Source: Eledone cirrhosa (taxonomy: Eukaryota). Taken from it: a DNA stretch of 64,000 nucleotides. The position numbers and the translations under genes are program-made. A model generated the notes under the pieces. The model was not told the DNA's origin and did not search any database. It was given only the letters and a program-made list of their open reading frames with translations. The stretch is from NCBI GenBank assembly GCA_964016885.1, contig OZ024760.1:11222001-11286000 (forward strand), in the 5' to 3' direction. Shown piece after piece: positions 44,082 through 58,211 of the stretch (positions are counted from its first letter, which is position 1; the number at the start of each line of letters is the position of its first letter).

Positions 44082-45530
44082 TCACCACCAACAACAACAA
44101 CAACATCACCAACAACAACAACATCACCAACAACAACAACAACAACAACAACACCACCAACAACAAAAACAACACTACCACCACCACCCCCACCACCACC
44201 ACCAACAACAACAACGACACCAACAACAACAACAGCTACAACAACATCACCAACAACAACAACACCACCAACACCACCACCACCACCAACAACAACACCA
44301 CCAACAACAACAACACCACCACCACCACCAACAACAACACCACCAACAACAACAACACCACAACCAACAACACCACCTCCACCACCTCCACCACCACCAC
44401 CACCAACAACAACAACACCACCACCACCAACAACAACAACAACAACAACACCACCACCAACAACAACCACACCACCAACAACCACCACCAACAACAACAA
44501 CAACAACACCACCACCACCACCAACAACAACCACACCACCAACAACCACCACCAACACCAACAACAACAACACCACCACCAACAACAACAACAACAACAC
44601 CAACACCAACAACGACACCACCACCAACAACAACAACAGCTACAACAACACGACGAAAATAAAGAAAAGTGACCAATTCTATATTTAACAGCTTTACGAT
44701 AGAAATCTATCAAAGAATTTGGCAAATGATAAAGGATAAATATATCTTGGTACACAGCACTACCACCATACCACCACCATACCACCACACCATCACACCA
44801 CCACATCACTACACCCATACCACTACCCTACCACCACCACTACCCTACACACAACTACCACCACACCACTACACCACTACACCACCACACCACACACAAC
44901 TACCACCACACCACTACCCCACTACACCACACCACACACAACTACCACCACATTGCTCCACCACTACACCACCACTACACCACACACAAACACCACCACC
45001 ACCACCACACCACATCACTACCACCACACCACTACCACCAACACCACTACCACCAACACCATCACACCACTACTATCACACCATCACACATCACTACATC
45101 ACACCGCTACCACCACCACTACCGCACCCCACTACGACAACCACCACCACTACTACCACCACTACCACCACTACCACCACATACATCACCACTACTACTA
45201 CTACCAACACCACCACCACACACCTCTACCACCACCACCACTAGCACCACATACATCACCACTACTACAACAACCACCACCACTACACCTCTACTACCAC
45301 CACCACCACCACTACACCTCTACCACCACTACCACCGCATACATCACCACTACTACTACCACCGCATACATCACCACTACTACTACCACCATCACCACAA
45401 CACACATCTATCACAACCACCACCACTACACCTCTACTACTTCTAGCACCACCACCACCACCACCACAGTCATCACCATCAACAGGATGATGATGATGAT
45501 GATGGTGATGGTGGTGGTGGTGGTCATCAT
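43315..45530. repeat. Trinucleotide arrays (TAG)n, (CAA/CAC)n, (ACC/ACT)n
   Basis: Directly visible. Confidence 0.9.
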
Positions 45531-45689
45531 CATCGTCATAATCAGCTATAAACAGAATCGATCTCCAACTGACAAGGTAGCAATGTGAGGCGCCTATGCG
45601 TGATTGCTTTTAATATGAAGAGATTAGTTAGATAAACACAAAGAAATATATATATATATGCATGTATAATATTATATTATATTAAAATT

Positions 45690-45768
45690 ATCGGTAGAGG
45701 GTCGGATGCCATGCTTTGACGCATAGAGTTACGGCCCTTGCCATTCTGAGTTCAAATCCCGAGTTCAA
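45690..45768 (+). mobile_element. SINE head fragment
   Basis: TCGGTAGAGGGTCGGATGCC...GAGTTCAAATCCCG. Confidence 0.75.
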
Positions 45769-45898
45769 AGAAAATTAAGTTTTTTTTTAAATGAAAAAAA
45801 AAAAAAAAAAACGAGATGTCCTACACGAGTGAAAGCATAAGGAAAAAGAGGAAATCGAAAATGCAACTGGAGTGTTTTTAAGGACATTTATTTGTTTC

Positions 45899-45934
45899 CT
45901 TTACCGGTTTCACAGTTCTCATGCTTTTCAAAAG
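45899..45934 (-). ncRNA. Variant hammerhead motif with U3-A8 core
   Basis: CTT-TTGAAAA-GCA TGAGAAC TGT-GAAA-CCG-GTA-AAG, then AATAAA. Confidence 0.6.
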
Positions 45935-46143
45935 TAGAATTGAGATGGAGCTTTTGTGGTTGTATATATATATATTCCGTCGCAACTGACGCGAAGGGCT
46001 GCTTTCGGTTATTTGTCGGATATTTCTTCATAGAAGCCTTTATTCTTATAGCTTGGTCTAATCGATTTTTTATATGGTTAATTATGCTAATTGGGAGAGG
46101 AAATGGTATATATTTTAGCTGGTGATTCTATAGACATGTTTTA

Positions 46144-46213
<70 letters not shown>

Positions 46214-46327
46214 GTTTGAATATGTGTAATAAGGCCAAAACAATGCAGGTATGGACATAGAAAAAAGAATGCAATAGTAAAAGATATTGTTGAGAATTCG
46301 TCTTTCACCTTGAATTTATTTAAATGT

Positions 46328-46362
46328 CCTTAATTTTCGAGATAATATCTCTTCTTCGGAGG
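46328..46362 (-). ncRNA. Degenerate hammerhead motif
   Basis: CCT-CCGAAGA-AGAGAT ATT ATCTC-GAAA-A-TTA-AGG, with AATAAA downstream. Confidence 0.4.
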
Positions 46363-46451
46363 GAAATAAAGGTCTCAAACCAGCGTCTTAAATCTCTAGC
46401 CAAGCCATGCTGACCGAAAATAGTATAGAGTATCTGTTCTAACTCTAAAAT

Positions 46452-46500
<49 letters not shown>

Positions 46501-46503
<3 letters not shown>

Positions 46504-46842
46504 AGTATATGTTGGTTGTTTACCGACACCTCAGTATGCAGATTGGAGCACTCGACGAAGTACGCAGGTTGGTTTGGTTACTCCGGAGTAATGTAAAATA
46601 AAGTAATTAAGTCAAATATGATTCCAGTTCCTCAGAGAAATAACAACCCAACCAGGAGCTGGACATATCGGAGATTGACGGAGTAAAACACTTTAACAAC
46701 ATGTGTACCTGTCTCTACCACACCAATTCGGACTGCATAAAGAGGTCACAGCCAATGATGGCTGTCACAGAAATATATATAACAGTACATCTTTAATAAA
46801 CGACGACAAATTTTAAATATTTGACTTAATTACTTTATTTTA
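46501..46842 (+). mobile_element. Family C element with inverted 3' arm; degenerate HHR near 46732-46786
   Basis: Homologous to 11150-11367; AAAATAAAGTAATTAAGTCAAATAT is the reverse complement of its own 3' end. Confidence 0.75.
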
Positions 46843-46920
46843 TATATATATATATAAATGAAGTAATTCCGTCGGAAAAGTCCAGGAAAAAAGAGTGCTC
46901 TATGTAGGTAATAGAGCTTA

Positions 46921-47170
46921 ATAGTTATGTAATAAACAACATAAGGCAATTATTTCATTTACCAGTGGTTTCTTAAAGGCAAACAAATGTGCTTTCAATC
47001 ATCAGAATGAAAAAATCCTGGTCTGTTTATTGACATTGGATTTTTTAAAATCCAATGTCGATAAATACGCCAGGATTTTTTCATTCTGATGATTGAAAGC
47101 AACATTTTTTGCTTTTAAGAAACCACTGGTAAATGAAATAATTGCCTTATGTTGTTTATTACATAACGAT
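46921..47170. mobile_element. Palindromic family G element with HHR in each arm
   Basis: ~125-bp arms centred near 47045; minus-strand HHR at 46953-47012. Confidence 0.85.
47079..47138 (+). ncRNA. Type I hammerhead ribozyme motif (family G)
   Basis: TTTCATT-CTGATGA-TTGAAAGCAA..TTGCTTTTAA-GAAA-CCACTG-GTA-AATGAAA. Confidence 0.85.
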
Positions 47171-47187
47171 ATATATATATATATATA

Positions 47188-47527
<340 letters not shown>

Positions 47528-47540
47528 ATATACATATGTA

Positions 47541-47601
<61 letters not shown>

Positions 47602-47761
47602 TATCGAGAATCGGAATCTCGGTCCACGAAATAACGAAACACAATCTTCGAAATGCGTGGCAAAGTGCTCAATAGTTTGGATAAACCAGAGCTATAACTA
47701 ACGTTTAAATACCAATACCCTTTTACCTGTTTCAAGCCATCCGGCTGAGGCCATGCTGGAG

Positions 47762-47834
<73 letters not shown>

Positions 47835-48072
47835 ATTTCTTAGATTGGCCTAATGCCACATATATTGTGTGGGAAGAAATATTTGATTCTACTAACCCAG
47901 TAGTGGACTGGTCGCTATATTAGCGAGTCCTGCTTGATGAAAATCAAAACTGACACTGGTCAGATACGATATACGATGAGAGGTCAAGATTTAATGAACA
48001 ACATAGTAAACGTTTTCTCTTATTTGATTTTCTATCGATTTTGACAATCTACTGTCCTTACTTAATGCATTG

Positions 48073-48268
48073 TGGTTTGGCAGTATCGGTAGAGGGTCGG
48101 ACGTCATGCTTTGCCGCATAGAGTTACGGCCCTTTCCATTCTGAGTTCAAATCCCGCCGAGGTCAACTTTGCCTTTCATCCTTACGGGGAGGGGGGGGTC
48201 AATAAAATAAAGTACCAGTAATACACCGGGTAATTGCTAGCCTTGTGCCTAAAGTAGACACAATTATT
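48073..48268 (+). mobile_element. Full-length SINE
   Basis: A and B boxes, core, tail. Confidence 0.9.
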
Positions 48269-48364
48269 TATATCAATAGGTCATATCTGATCGAACAGGG
48301 TTGTGATCATTGCCATCCGTGACCATCGCAACATTTTCTTATTTGCAGGGAAACTAAGACCACA

Positions 48365-49735
48365 TTTGTGGTGTTGTGTGGTGTTGTGTGGTGTAGTGTA
48401 GTGTGGTGTAGTGTAGTGTGGTGTGGTGTAGTGTAGTGTGGTGTAGTAAGGTGTGGTGTAGTGTAGTGTAGTGTGGTGTGGTATGGTGTGGTGTGGTGTT
48501 GTGTGGTGTGGTGTAGTGTAGTGTGGTGTAGTGTGGTGTGGTATGGTGTGGTGTGGTGTGGTGTAGTGTAGTGTGGTGTGGTATGGTGTGGTATGGTGTG
48601 GTGTGGTGTAGTGTGGTGTAGTGTGGTGTGATGTGGTGTAGTGCGGTATGGTATAGTATATTATGGTATGGTATGGTATGGTATAGTGTGGTGTGGTGTG
48701 GTGTGGTGTAGTGTGGTGTAGTGTGGTGTGATGTGGTGTAGTGCGGTATGGTATAGTATATTATGGTATGGTATAGTGTGGTATGGTATGGTATGGTGTG
48801 GTGTGGTGTGGTGTGGTGTGGTGTGATGTGGTGTAGTGCGGTATGGTATAGTATATTATGGTATGGTATAGTGTGGTGTGTGGTGTGGTGTGGTGTGGTG
48901 TGGTGTGGTGTGGTGTAGTGTGGTGTGATGTAGTGCGGTATGGTATAGTATATTATGGTATGGTATAGTGTGGTATGGTATGGTGTGGTGTGGTGTGGTG
49001 GTGTGGTGTGGTGTGGTGTGGTGTGGTGTAGTGTGGTGTAGTGTGGTGTGATGTGGTGTAGTGCGGTATGGTATAGTATATTATGGTATGGTATAGTGTG
49101 GTGTGTGGTGTGGTGTGGTGTGGTGTGGTGTGGTGTGGTGTAGTGTGGTGTGATGTAGTGCGGTATGGTATAGTATATTATGGTATGGTATAGTGTGGTA
49201 TGGTATGGTGTGGTGTGGTGTGGTGGTGTGGTGTGATGTGGTGTGGTGTGGTGTGGTGTAGTGTGGTGTAGTGTGGTGTGATGTGGTGTAGTGCGGTATG
49301 GTATAGTATATTATGGTATGGTATAGTGTGGTATGGTGTGGTGTGGTGTGGTGTGGTGTGGTGTGGTGTGATGTGGTGTAGTGCGGTATGGTATAGTATA
49401 TTATATTATGGTATGGTATAGTGTGGTATGGTATGGTGTGGTGTGGTGTGGTGTGGTGTGGTGTGGTGTGGTGTGATGTGGTGTAGTGCGGTATGGTATA
49501 GTATATTATGGTATGGTATAGTGTGGTGTGGTGTGGTGTGGTGTGGTGTGGTGTGGTGTAGTGTGGTGTGATGTGGTGTAGTGCGGTATGGTATAGTATA
49601 TTATGGTATGGTATAGTGTGATGTAGTGTGGTGTGATGTGGTGTAGTGCGGTGTAATATGGTGTAGTGTGGTATCATGTGGTATGGTGTGGTATGGTATG
49701 GTGTGGTATCATGTGGTATGGTGTGGTATGGTATG
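48365..49735. repeat. Pentamer satellite (GTGTG/GTGTA/GTATG)n with recurring higher-order motif
   Basis: GTAGTGCGGTATGGTATAGTATATTATGG recurs about every 90-120 bp. Confidence 0.92.
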
Positions 49736-50379
49736 GACCATATTGTTATACGGTGTTTCTTAAGGTATTAAAAGAAGGATAGAAAGAGTGAAGAAGACGG
49801 TGAGAATGAAGGAGAGAGAGAGAGAGTGAAGAAGACGGTGAGAATGAAGGAGAGAGAGAGAGTGGAAGATAGAGGAAGTGAAGAAGAGATATAAAGAAAA
49901 TATCGACCCCAGTATTAGACTGGTACTTAGTTTATTGCCCTCAAATGGATTAGAGGAGCATTATATTTCTCCAAAAAAAAAAAAAAAAAAAAAAAGAGTA
50001 TAGTGAAATTTGAGATAGCGTTGGCTGCTTTTTCTAGCGAGTCAATCGACCAGGTAGATGGCGCTCCCATACCACCCCAACTCCAACCCCAACCCCTGTC
50101 GACTTGTATTTGATTGGTGTTCTCTGTTCTTTAAAATGGGAAGCCATTTAATGAAAGAAACATACCGGAAGTAGGGAGTGAGACATAATGTAGTCTGTCA
50201 ATAGTAGGAAATCCTACGGGGAGGGGGATGGTGTGTGTGGGAGGGGGGTGAGGGGAATACCGGAAGTTGTATAATTAATGATCATACATCTTGTTTTCTT
50301 GTGTAATAAGTGAAGGAGAATAATTATAGGAATATATGGATAAATGCCAACTCCTGGAAACTCACGGGAGATCCTGGCT

Positions 50380-50531
50380 AGGACGCCATCACCAACGCCA
50401 TCATCACCAACGCCATCACCACATCCATCAGCATACTCACCACCATCATCACCATCATCACAACCATCAACATCGTCGCCATCATCATCACCATCATCAT
50501 CATCATCACAACCATCAGCATCGTCGCCATC

Positions 50532-50562
<31 letters not shown>

Positions 50563-50885
50563 CCACCACCACCATCAGCACCATTGCCATCATCACCATC
50601 ACCACCATCATCACCAACGCCATCACCACCACCACCATCAGCACCATTGCCATCATCACCATCACCACCATCATCACCAACGCCATCACCACCACCACCA
50701 TCAGCACCATTGCCATCATCACCATCAACAGCAGCAGCATCAGCATCATCGCCATCATCATCATCATCGCCATCATCAGCATCATCACCACCATCAGCAT
50801 CAGCGCCATCATCATCATCGCCATCCGATACTGCCAATGCACCAATAATACCAGAAACGTCTGCACCACCACCACCACCACCACA
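50380..50885. repeat. (CAT/CAC)n trinucleotide array
   Basis: Directly visible. Confidence 0.85.
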
Positions 50886-50919
50886 TCCTATACTACTACT
50901 ACTACCTCCAATACTAACA

Positions 50920-51310
50920 GATCAATCCCACCGACACACGGCAATAGTGATAGTCGAGAGTGACGGAGGACCATTCCATTATCCAAGGTGACAGCCATGA
51001 TCAATCCCACCGACACACGGCAATAGTGATAGTCGAGAGTGACGGAGGACCATTCCATTATCCAAGGTGACAGCCATGATCAATCCCACCGACACACGGC
51101 AATAGTGATAGTCGAGAGTGACGGAGGACCATTCCATTATCCAAGGTGACAGCCATGATCAATCCCACTGACACACGGCAATAGTGATAGTCGAGAGTGA
51201 CGGAGGACCATTCCATTATCCAAGGTGACAGCCATGATCAATCCCACTGACACACGGCAATAGTGATAGTCGAGAGTGACGGAGGACCATTCCATTATCG
51301 AAGGTGACAG
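50920..51310. repeat. 79-bp tandem repeat, about 5 copies
   Basis: Unit GATCAATCCCACCGACACACGGCAATAGTGATAGTCGAGAGTGACGGAGGACCATTCCATTATCCAAGGTGACAGCCAT starts at 50920, 50999, 51078, 51157, 51236. Confidence 0.95.
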
Positions 51311-52801
51311 ACATCTCCCAGTGTTCATTACTTCATATTTAAACAGCCATTAGCTGCTAATTATGTTTATTGTAAGTTATTTATTCATAATCATTAATGA
51401 GAATACCGACATTAACTACACCACCAACACTACCGCCACCACACCACCGCCACCACTACACCACCACTACACCACACCACCACCACCACCACTACACCAC
51501 CAGCACTACCGCCACCACTACACCACACCACCACCACCACCACTACTACTACACCAGCAGCACTACCGCCACCACTACTACTACACCACCACCACCACTA
51601 CACCACCACTACACCACAACCACCACTACACCACCACTACACCACACCACCACCACTACTACACCACCACCACCACCACTACTACTACACCACCACCACT
51701 ACACCACACCACCAACACCACCACCACCACCACTACACCACCACTACACCACAACACCACCACCACCACCACCACTACACCACCACCACCACTACTACTA
51801 CACCACCACTCTTGGTTGTCCATCGTGAACGATGATGACATCTTCTTTAACTTAGATCCCGTCTGCCGCGGGCACACGCTAAAGAGGAAACGTGTGTGGG
51901 GACAGGTTTATAGTGGGAGGAGGGCCAGGGCACAGTGGGGGTCCCACTTACTCGGCCGCAGAAGCCAGAATCTGGTGGTACGGAGGGCCGTCACGACCAG
52001 GGACTTCCTTACCTGCAGTGGATGGCCACGACGTCTGTAGTGCCTTGCCGTGCCCTAGCACTCCACACCACTTGCTGTCGCCGCCTTCGTGACCGTTGGG
52101 ACGATGTTGTCCTCCTCCACTTACTCTGCCGGGGTCCAGTCTTCGCATGCAGGGGCAGGCATCCCCTATCTAACTCACCGGGGGGGGGGGGGTCTCAGAC
52201 CCGTCTGGCTACCATCAACCGGGTTCGGCCCTGCTAACACTATCACACCACCACCACCACCACCACCACCACCACACCAACACTGCCGCCACTAACACCG
52301 CCACACCACCACACCACCACTACCACTGCCTCCACTAACACTACCACGGCGCCACCACCTCCACACCAGCACTGCCGCACTGCCGCCACCACACCGCCAC
52401 CTCCACCACACCAACACTGCCGCCACTCCACCACACCGCCACACCAACACTATCACCACTAACACCACCACACTAACACTGCCGCCACTAACACCGCCAC
52501 ACCACCACACCACCTCTACCACTGCCACCACTAATACTACCACACCACACCACACCACCACCACTACCAACACTGGCGCCACTAACACCGCCACACCACC
52601 ACACCACCACAGCCGCCACTAACACCACTAACACTACCACACTGCCACCACCACCACTACCAACACTGGCGCCACTAACACCGCCACACCACCACACCAC
52701 CACTGCCGCCACTAACACCACTAACACTACCACACCACACCACCAACAACACAAATACCCCCACCACCACCACCACCACCACCACCACCACCACCACCAC
52801 C

Positions 52802-52993
52802 AGATGGTTAAGATTCAGTCATGGTAGTCACTACCATGACTGAATCTTAACCATCTACTATGTCAGGGTATGTCATGCATCATCTTATTTTATCTGATGA
52901 GGACGTAGTGTTGAAGTTAACTCAGTACCTCTGAAATATGAATAATAAAATATACTTGATCCCACAAATATCTATTTTGTTAATGTTTTGAAT

Positions 52994-52996
<3 letters not shown>
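52802..52996 (+). mobile_element. Fold-back PLE-like element, family F
   Basis: Perfect 27-bp-arm hairpin at 52802-52856, then HHR, then (TA)n. Confidence 0.75.
52886..52952 (+). ncRNA. Hammerhead motif (family F)
   Basis: TATTTTAT-CTGATGA-imperfect stem II-GAAA-TATGAA-TA-ATAAAATA. Confidence 0.7.
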
Positions 52997-53046
<50 letters not shown>

Positions 53047-53048
<2 letters not shown>

Positions 53049-53366
53049 TTATATTTAATTTGTTGGGATACAACAAGCAAAATGTTTTTATAACTGATAT
53101 AAAGCACTCAACAAATTATTGGAGTAAATATACAATATATTAACAAATGGAAACTATATTTATAAAACCATATTTATTTCATTATACATATTTCAAGGAC
53201 CACCAGAGCAAACTATAGTGCGCTTTCATCAGATAAAATATAATATAGGTTAGTTTTATAAATAAATATTGACATACCCTTAAAAAATGCAACCATGTCG
53301 GTTGGAATCTCCCTTGAAATATGTATAATGAAATAAATATGGTTTTATAGATATAGTTTCCATTTG

Positions 53367-53421
<55 letters not shown>

Positions 53422-53856
53422 GATATTAACAAATGGAAACTATATTTATAAAACCATATTTATTTCATTATACATATTTCAAGGATACCATGTTAAATTA
53501 TGGTATGCTTTCATCAGACAAAATACAATATATACCAGTTTTATAAATAAACATTGACATACCCTTTCAAAATGCAACCGTTACTTTTGGAAGACATCAG
53601 GGATAGTGACGGTTGCATTTTGAAAGGGTACGTCAATGTTTATTTATAAAACTGGTATATATTGTATTTTGTCTGATGAAGGCATACCATAATTTAAGAT
53701 GGTATCCTTGAAATATGTATAATGAAATAAATATGGTTTTATAAATATAGTTTCCATTTATTAATATCGTATATCTACTCCAAATACTTGTCGAGTGCTT
53801 TATATCAGTTATAAAAATATTTGCTTGTTGTATCCCAACGATTTAAATAGAACTTT

Positions 53857-53896
<40 letters not shown>

Positions 53897-54080
53897 AAAG
53901 TTTTATTTTAAATTGTTGGGTTACAACAAGCAAATATTTTTATAACTGATATAAAGCACTCGACAAGTATTGGGGTAGATATACGATATTAAACAAATTG
54001 AAACTATATTTCGTATCCCCGAAATATGTATAATGAAATAAATATGGTTTTATAAATATAGTTTCCATTTGTTTAATATC

Positions 54081-54082
<2 letters not shown>
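53047..54082. mobile_element. Three family B fold-back elements separated by (TA)n
   Basis: Copies at 53047-53370, 53418-53860 and 53893-54082; minus-strand HHRs at 53177-53238 and 53463-53523. Confidence 0.82.
53667..53727 (+). ncRNA. Hammerhead motif (family B)
   Basis: TTTTGT-CTGATGA-AGGCATACCAT..ATGGTATCCTT-GAAA-TATGTA-TA-ATGAAA. Confidence 0.78.
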
Positions 54083-54136
<54 letters not shown>

Positions 54137-54145
<9 letters not shown>

Positions 54146-54604
54146 TAAACGGAATAGAAAATGCTGACAAATTGTTCACAGTTGAAAAATGGTTTAATTA
54201 GGAATAAAAGAGTATTAGTGATTGTATGGGTTAGTATTCAGTTGTGGTTTTAAGTTTTTAAGTTTTTACCGGTTGCGCATTTCTAAATGCTTTTCAAAAA
54301 TAATTTTGAGATAGAGTGTCCGTGCTGTTTGCTCTGATCTGAGCAAACAGCACGGACACTCTATCTCAAAAGATCAGAGCAAACAGCACGGACACTCTAT
54401 CTCAAAATTATTTTTGAAAAGCATTTAGAAATGCGCAACCGGTAAAAACTTAAAAACTTAAAACCACAACTGAATACTAACCCATACAATCACTAATACT
54501 CTTTTATTCCTAATTAAACCATTTTTCAACTGTGAACAATTTGTCAGCATTTTCTATTCCGTTTACCAATATATAATAACTTGTGTGTTACACCTCTATT
54601 CTTT

Positions 54605-54610
<6 letters not shown>
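54137..54610. mobile_element. Palindromic element with ~200-bp apparently identical arms
   Basis: Arms 54137-54340 and 54371-54574; 30-bp spacer duplicates sequence near the start of the right arm; U3-A8 variant HHR-like fold at 54411-54447 (+) and 54264-54300 (-). Confidence 0.88.
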
Positions 54611-54650
<40 letters not shown>

Positions 54651-54669
54651 TATATATATATATATATAT

Positions 54670-55247
54670 ATAAAATATTAAACAAATAATGAATAAACAA
54701 TTCCTTATATTAAACAAAAAAAGTTCATTATTTAACGATCGTTTCTAGGATATATATGTGTTATAATTGGTATGCATATTCAACAGATCTATGTACAAAA
54801 TTATACAAAATTATACAAATTATCAAGATTAAATATACATACCATGTGTTTTCATTGGTCAATTTTGAACTGAAATTTTGAATTGTTGTTATTATCAATA
54901 AATATACTTCATTATTTCTGAAGACGGCGTATATATGTGTTTGGTATGTATATTTAATCTTGATAATTTGTATAATTTTGTATAATTTTGTACATAGATC
55001 TGTTGAATATGCATACCAATTATAACACATATATATCCTAGAAACGATCGTTAAATAATGAACTTTTTTTGTTTAATATAAGGAATTGTTTATTCATTAT
55101 TTGTTTAATATTTTATCTTGACTCTGTATACCGTTTATCTTTCACCGAAAGTGGTTTTTCATTACATCTCTTCTTTCCATGATATCCGGAATACATTGAG
55201 TTCTTCATACGGATTGGACACTACCGTTAACTCTTGGTAGATTTATC

Positions 55248-55250
<3 letters not shown>
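54670..55250 (+). mobile_element. Family E fold-back element
   Basis: Inverted arm 54670-54844, direct part 54845-55250. Confidence 0.82.
54908..55062 (+). ncRNA. Hammerhead motif with ~115-nt stem II (family E)
   Basis: TTCATTATTT-CTGAAGA-[GTATATATGTGTT..TGGTATGTATATTTAA / TTGAATATGCATACCA..AACACATATATAT]-GAAA-CGATCG-TT-AAATAATGAA. Confidence 0.7.
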
Positions 55251-55321
<71 letters not shown>

Positions 55322-55687
55322 CTGAGTGATTTGACAAAGAGGTTTGTTCCTCAGCTTAGCATTTATGTTGAAGATTCTGCAGGTGTCCGTTATATGTATT
55401 TGTCGCAACTTTCGGAATAACATCCAATCACTTTTACACCTTTTTGTCGATGCACTAATTTGCGCATACCAGTTTTACACGCTCCCTCTCTCCCCCTCTC
55501 TCTCTCTCTCTCTTTCTTTCGCCCCCTCTCCACCTTTCTCATCCTCAACCACCGCTTCCCACTTCATATGTATTTTTAAATATTCCGTATATATTCTCTC
55601 AGATTCTATAAAATTCTCTGCCTAAAGTGAAAAGCTAATATTGTCTTTTAATGCATGCGAAATTTCATGACCGTATCAATTCGCTGC

Positions 55688-55804
<117 letters not shown>

Positions 55805-55814
55805 GTCATAGTTA

Positions 55815-55892
<78 letters not shown>

Positions 55893-56010
55893 GGTGAATG
55901 ACGAAGAGAGACAGCGTGTTTTATTATCTTGTTTGGAAGATTGGTTCAGTGAATATAATATTATATAATATGCTATGATATAATGCAGTATAATACAATA
56001 TAATATAATA

Positions 56011-56092
<82 letters not shown>

Positions 56093-56238
56093 TATATATT
56101 ATATATATATATATATATTATATATATAGATATATATATACATATATATCTATATACATATATATATATATATATTATATATATATATATATTATATATA
56201 TAGATATATATTATATATATAGATATATATACATTATA

Positions 56239-56289
<51 letters not shown>

Positions 56290-56357
56290 TTCATATGTTA
56301 GATTAGAGTAGATTATTCGCTTCTCTTATACATGCACACAATTATATACACATTTAT

Positions 56358-56391
<34 letters not shown>

Positions 56392-56416
56392 ATATATATA
56401 AATAAATTTATATGTA

Positions 56417-56497
<81 letters not shown>

Positions 56498-56520
56498 GTA
56501 TAACTATATATATATATGTA

Positions 56521-56590
<70 letters not shown>

Positions 56591-56676
56591 CATATATATG
56601 TATAATAAATATATATATTATATATATATATATATATATACATATGTATAAATATATATATGTATATATATATGTA

Positions 56677-56739
<63 letters not shown>

Positions 56740-56832
56740 ATATATATAAATATATATATATATATGTGTATATAAGAATATATATATATATGTATATATA
56801 AAAATATATATGTAAATATATATACATACATA

Positions 56833-56865
<33 letters not shown>

Positions 56866-56994
56866 GTATATATATATATATGTAGTTATCTTCCCTTTCA
56901 TCTTACTGCAGGTATATCCCCCTCTTCCTCTATCAAAGCTACTATCTCTTATCAACATAACCAAAGTTTCGTATTAACCCCCACCCCCTCCCCT

Positions 56995-57036
<42 letters not shown>

Positions 57037-57315
57037 CCACACTGTTTCCTTTTGCAATGGCGGCTCCTGATTTACTGTTGACTCACACACAACATCCTGT
57101 ACGCCTTTGTTTCTCGGAGTGCGTATAGCTGTCTGTGTGTTTGTGTGTGCCATTGTGTGTCATTGTGTGTCATTGTGTTTCTGTGTGTGTATGTACGTGT
57201 GTTCGTTTGTGTGTGACGTTACCGGCGATTGTTTTCATGTAAACACCTATGTAGGTATATGTAAATATATATATGTATATGTGTGTGTGTTTGTGTGTAT
57301 ATATATGAATATGTA

Positions 57316-57362
<47 letters not shown>

Positions 57363-57423
57363 GCACACATACACACACATATATATACACCCACGCCCAC
57401 ATGCATTTATTATGCACACACAC

Positions 57424-57466
<43 letters not shown>

Positions 57467-57509
57467 TGTGTGTATATGTGTGTGCATAAGATATATATGT
57501 GGGCGTTTA

Positions 57510-57557
<48 letters not shown>

Positions 57558-57593
57558 GGTATAGAAAACATTGTAGCAAAAAGCCAACAGTAT

Positions 57594-57680
<87 letters not shown>

Positions 57681-57696
57681 TATATACATATATATT

Positions 57697-57738
<42 letters not shown>

Positions 57739-57759
57739 TATATATATACATATATATAT

Positions 57760-57809
<50 letters not shown>

Positions 57810-58055
57810 CTATATATATCTTTCTGTGTCTGTGTGTGTGTGTGTATTTATGTAGAAATATATGTCTATAACTATATATACACCCATGTATATAGGTATG
57901 TATATGCTGCATAGAAAATGATGTGTGTGTTGTTGTTGCTCCAGTTGTTGTAGTCAGAGATATTGATAAAAATATGGTATTTTTACTGTAAAGTTATTAC
58001 TATTATTACAATTGTTTTGTTATTATTATTAATAACAAAAGTACCAGTAATACAC

Positions 58056-58205
58056 TTTGCAGCATAGTTACGTCCCTTTACGATCTGAGTTCAAATCCCG
58101 CCGAGGTCAACTTTGCTTTTCATCCTTACGGGGGTCGATAAAATAAAGTACCAGTAATACACTGAGATAATTGCTGGCCCTGTGCCAAAAGTAGAAACAA
58201 TTATT
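58056..58205 (+). mobile_element. SINE (5' truncated)
   Basis: B box, core, tail. Confidence 0.85.
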
Positions 58206-58211
58206 AATATA

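Noticed and set aside
43639-45588. Poly-Q/H and mucin-like ORFs
   Set aside because: Trinucleotide repeats open in several frames on both strands; no splice or domain support
50920-51310. CRISPR array
   Set aside because: Contiguous near-identical units with no unique spacers; eukaryotic context
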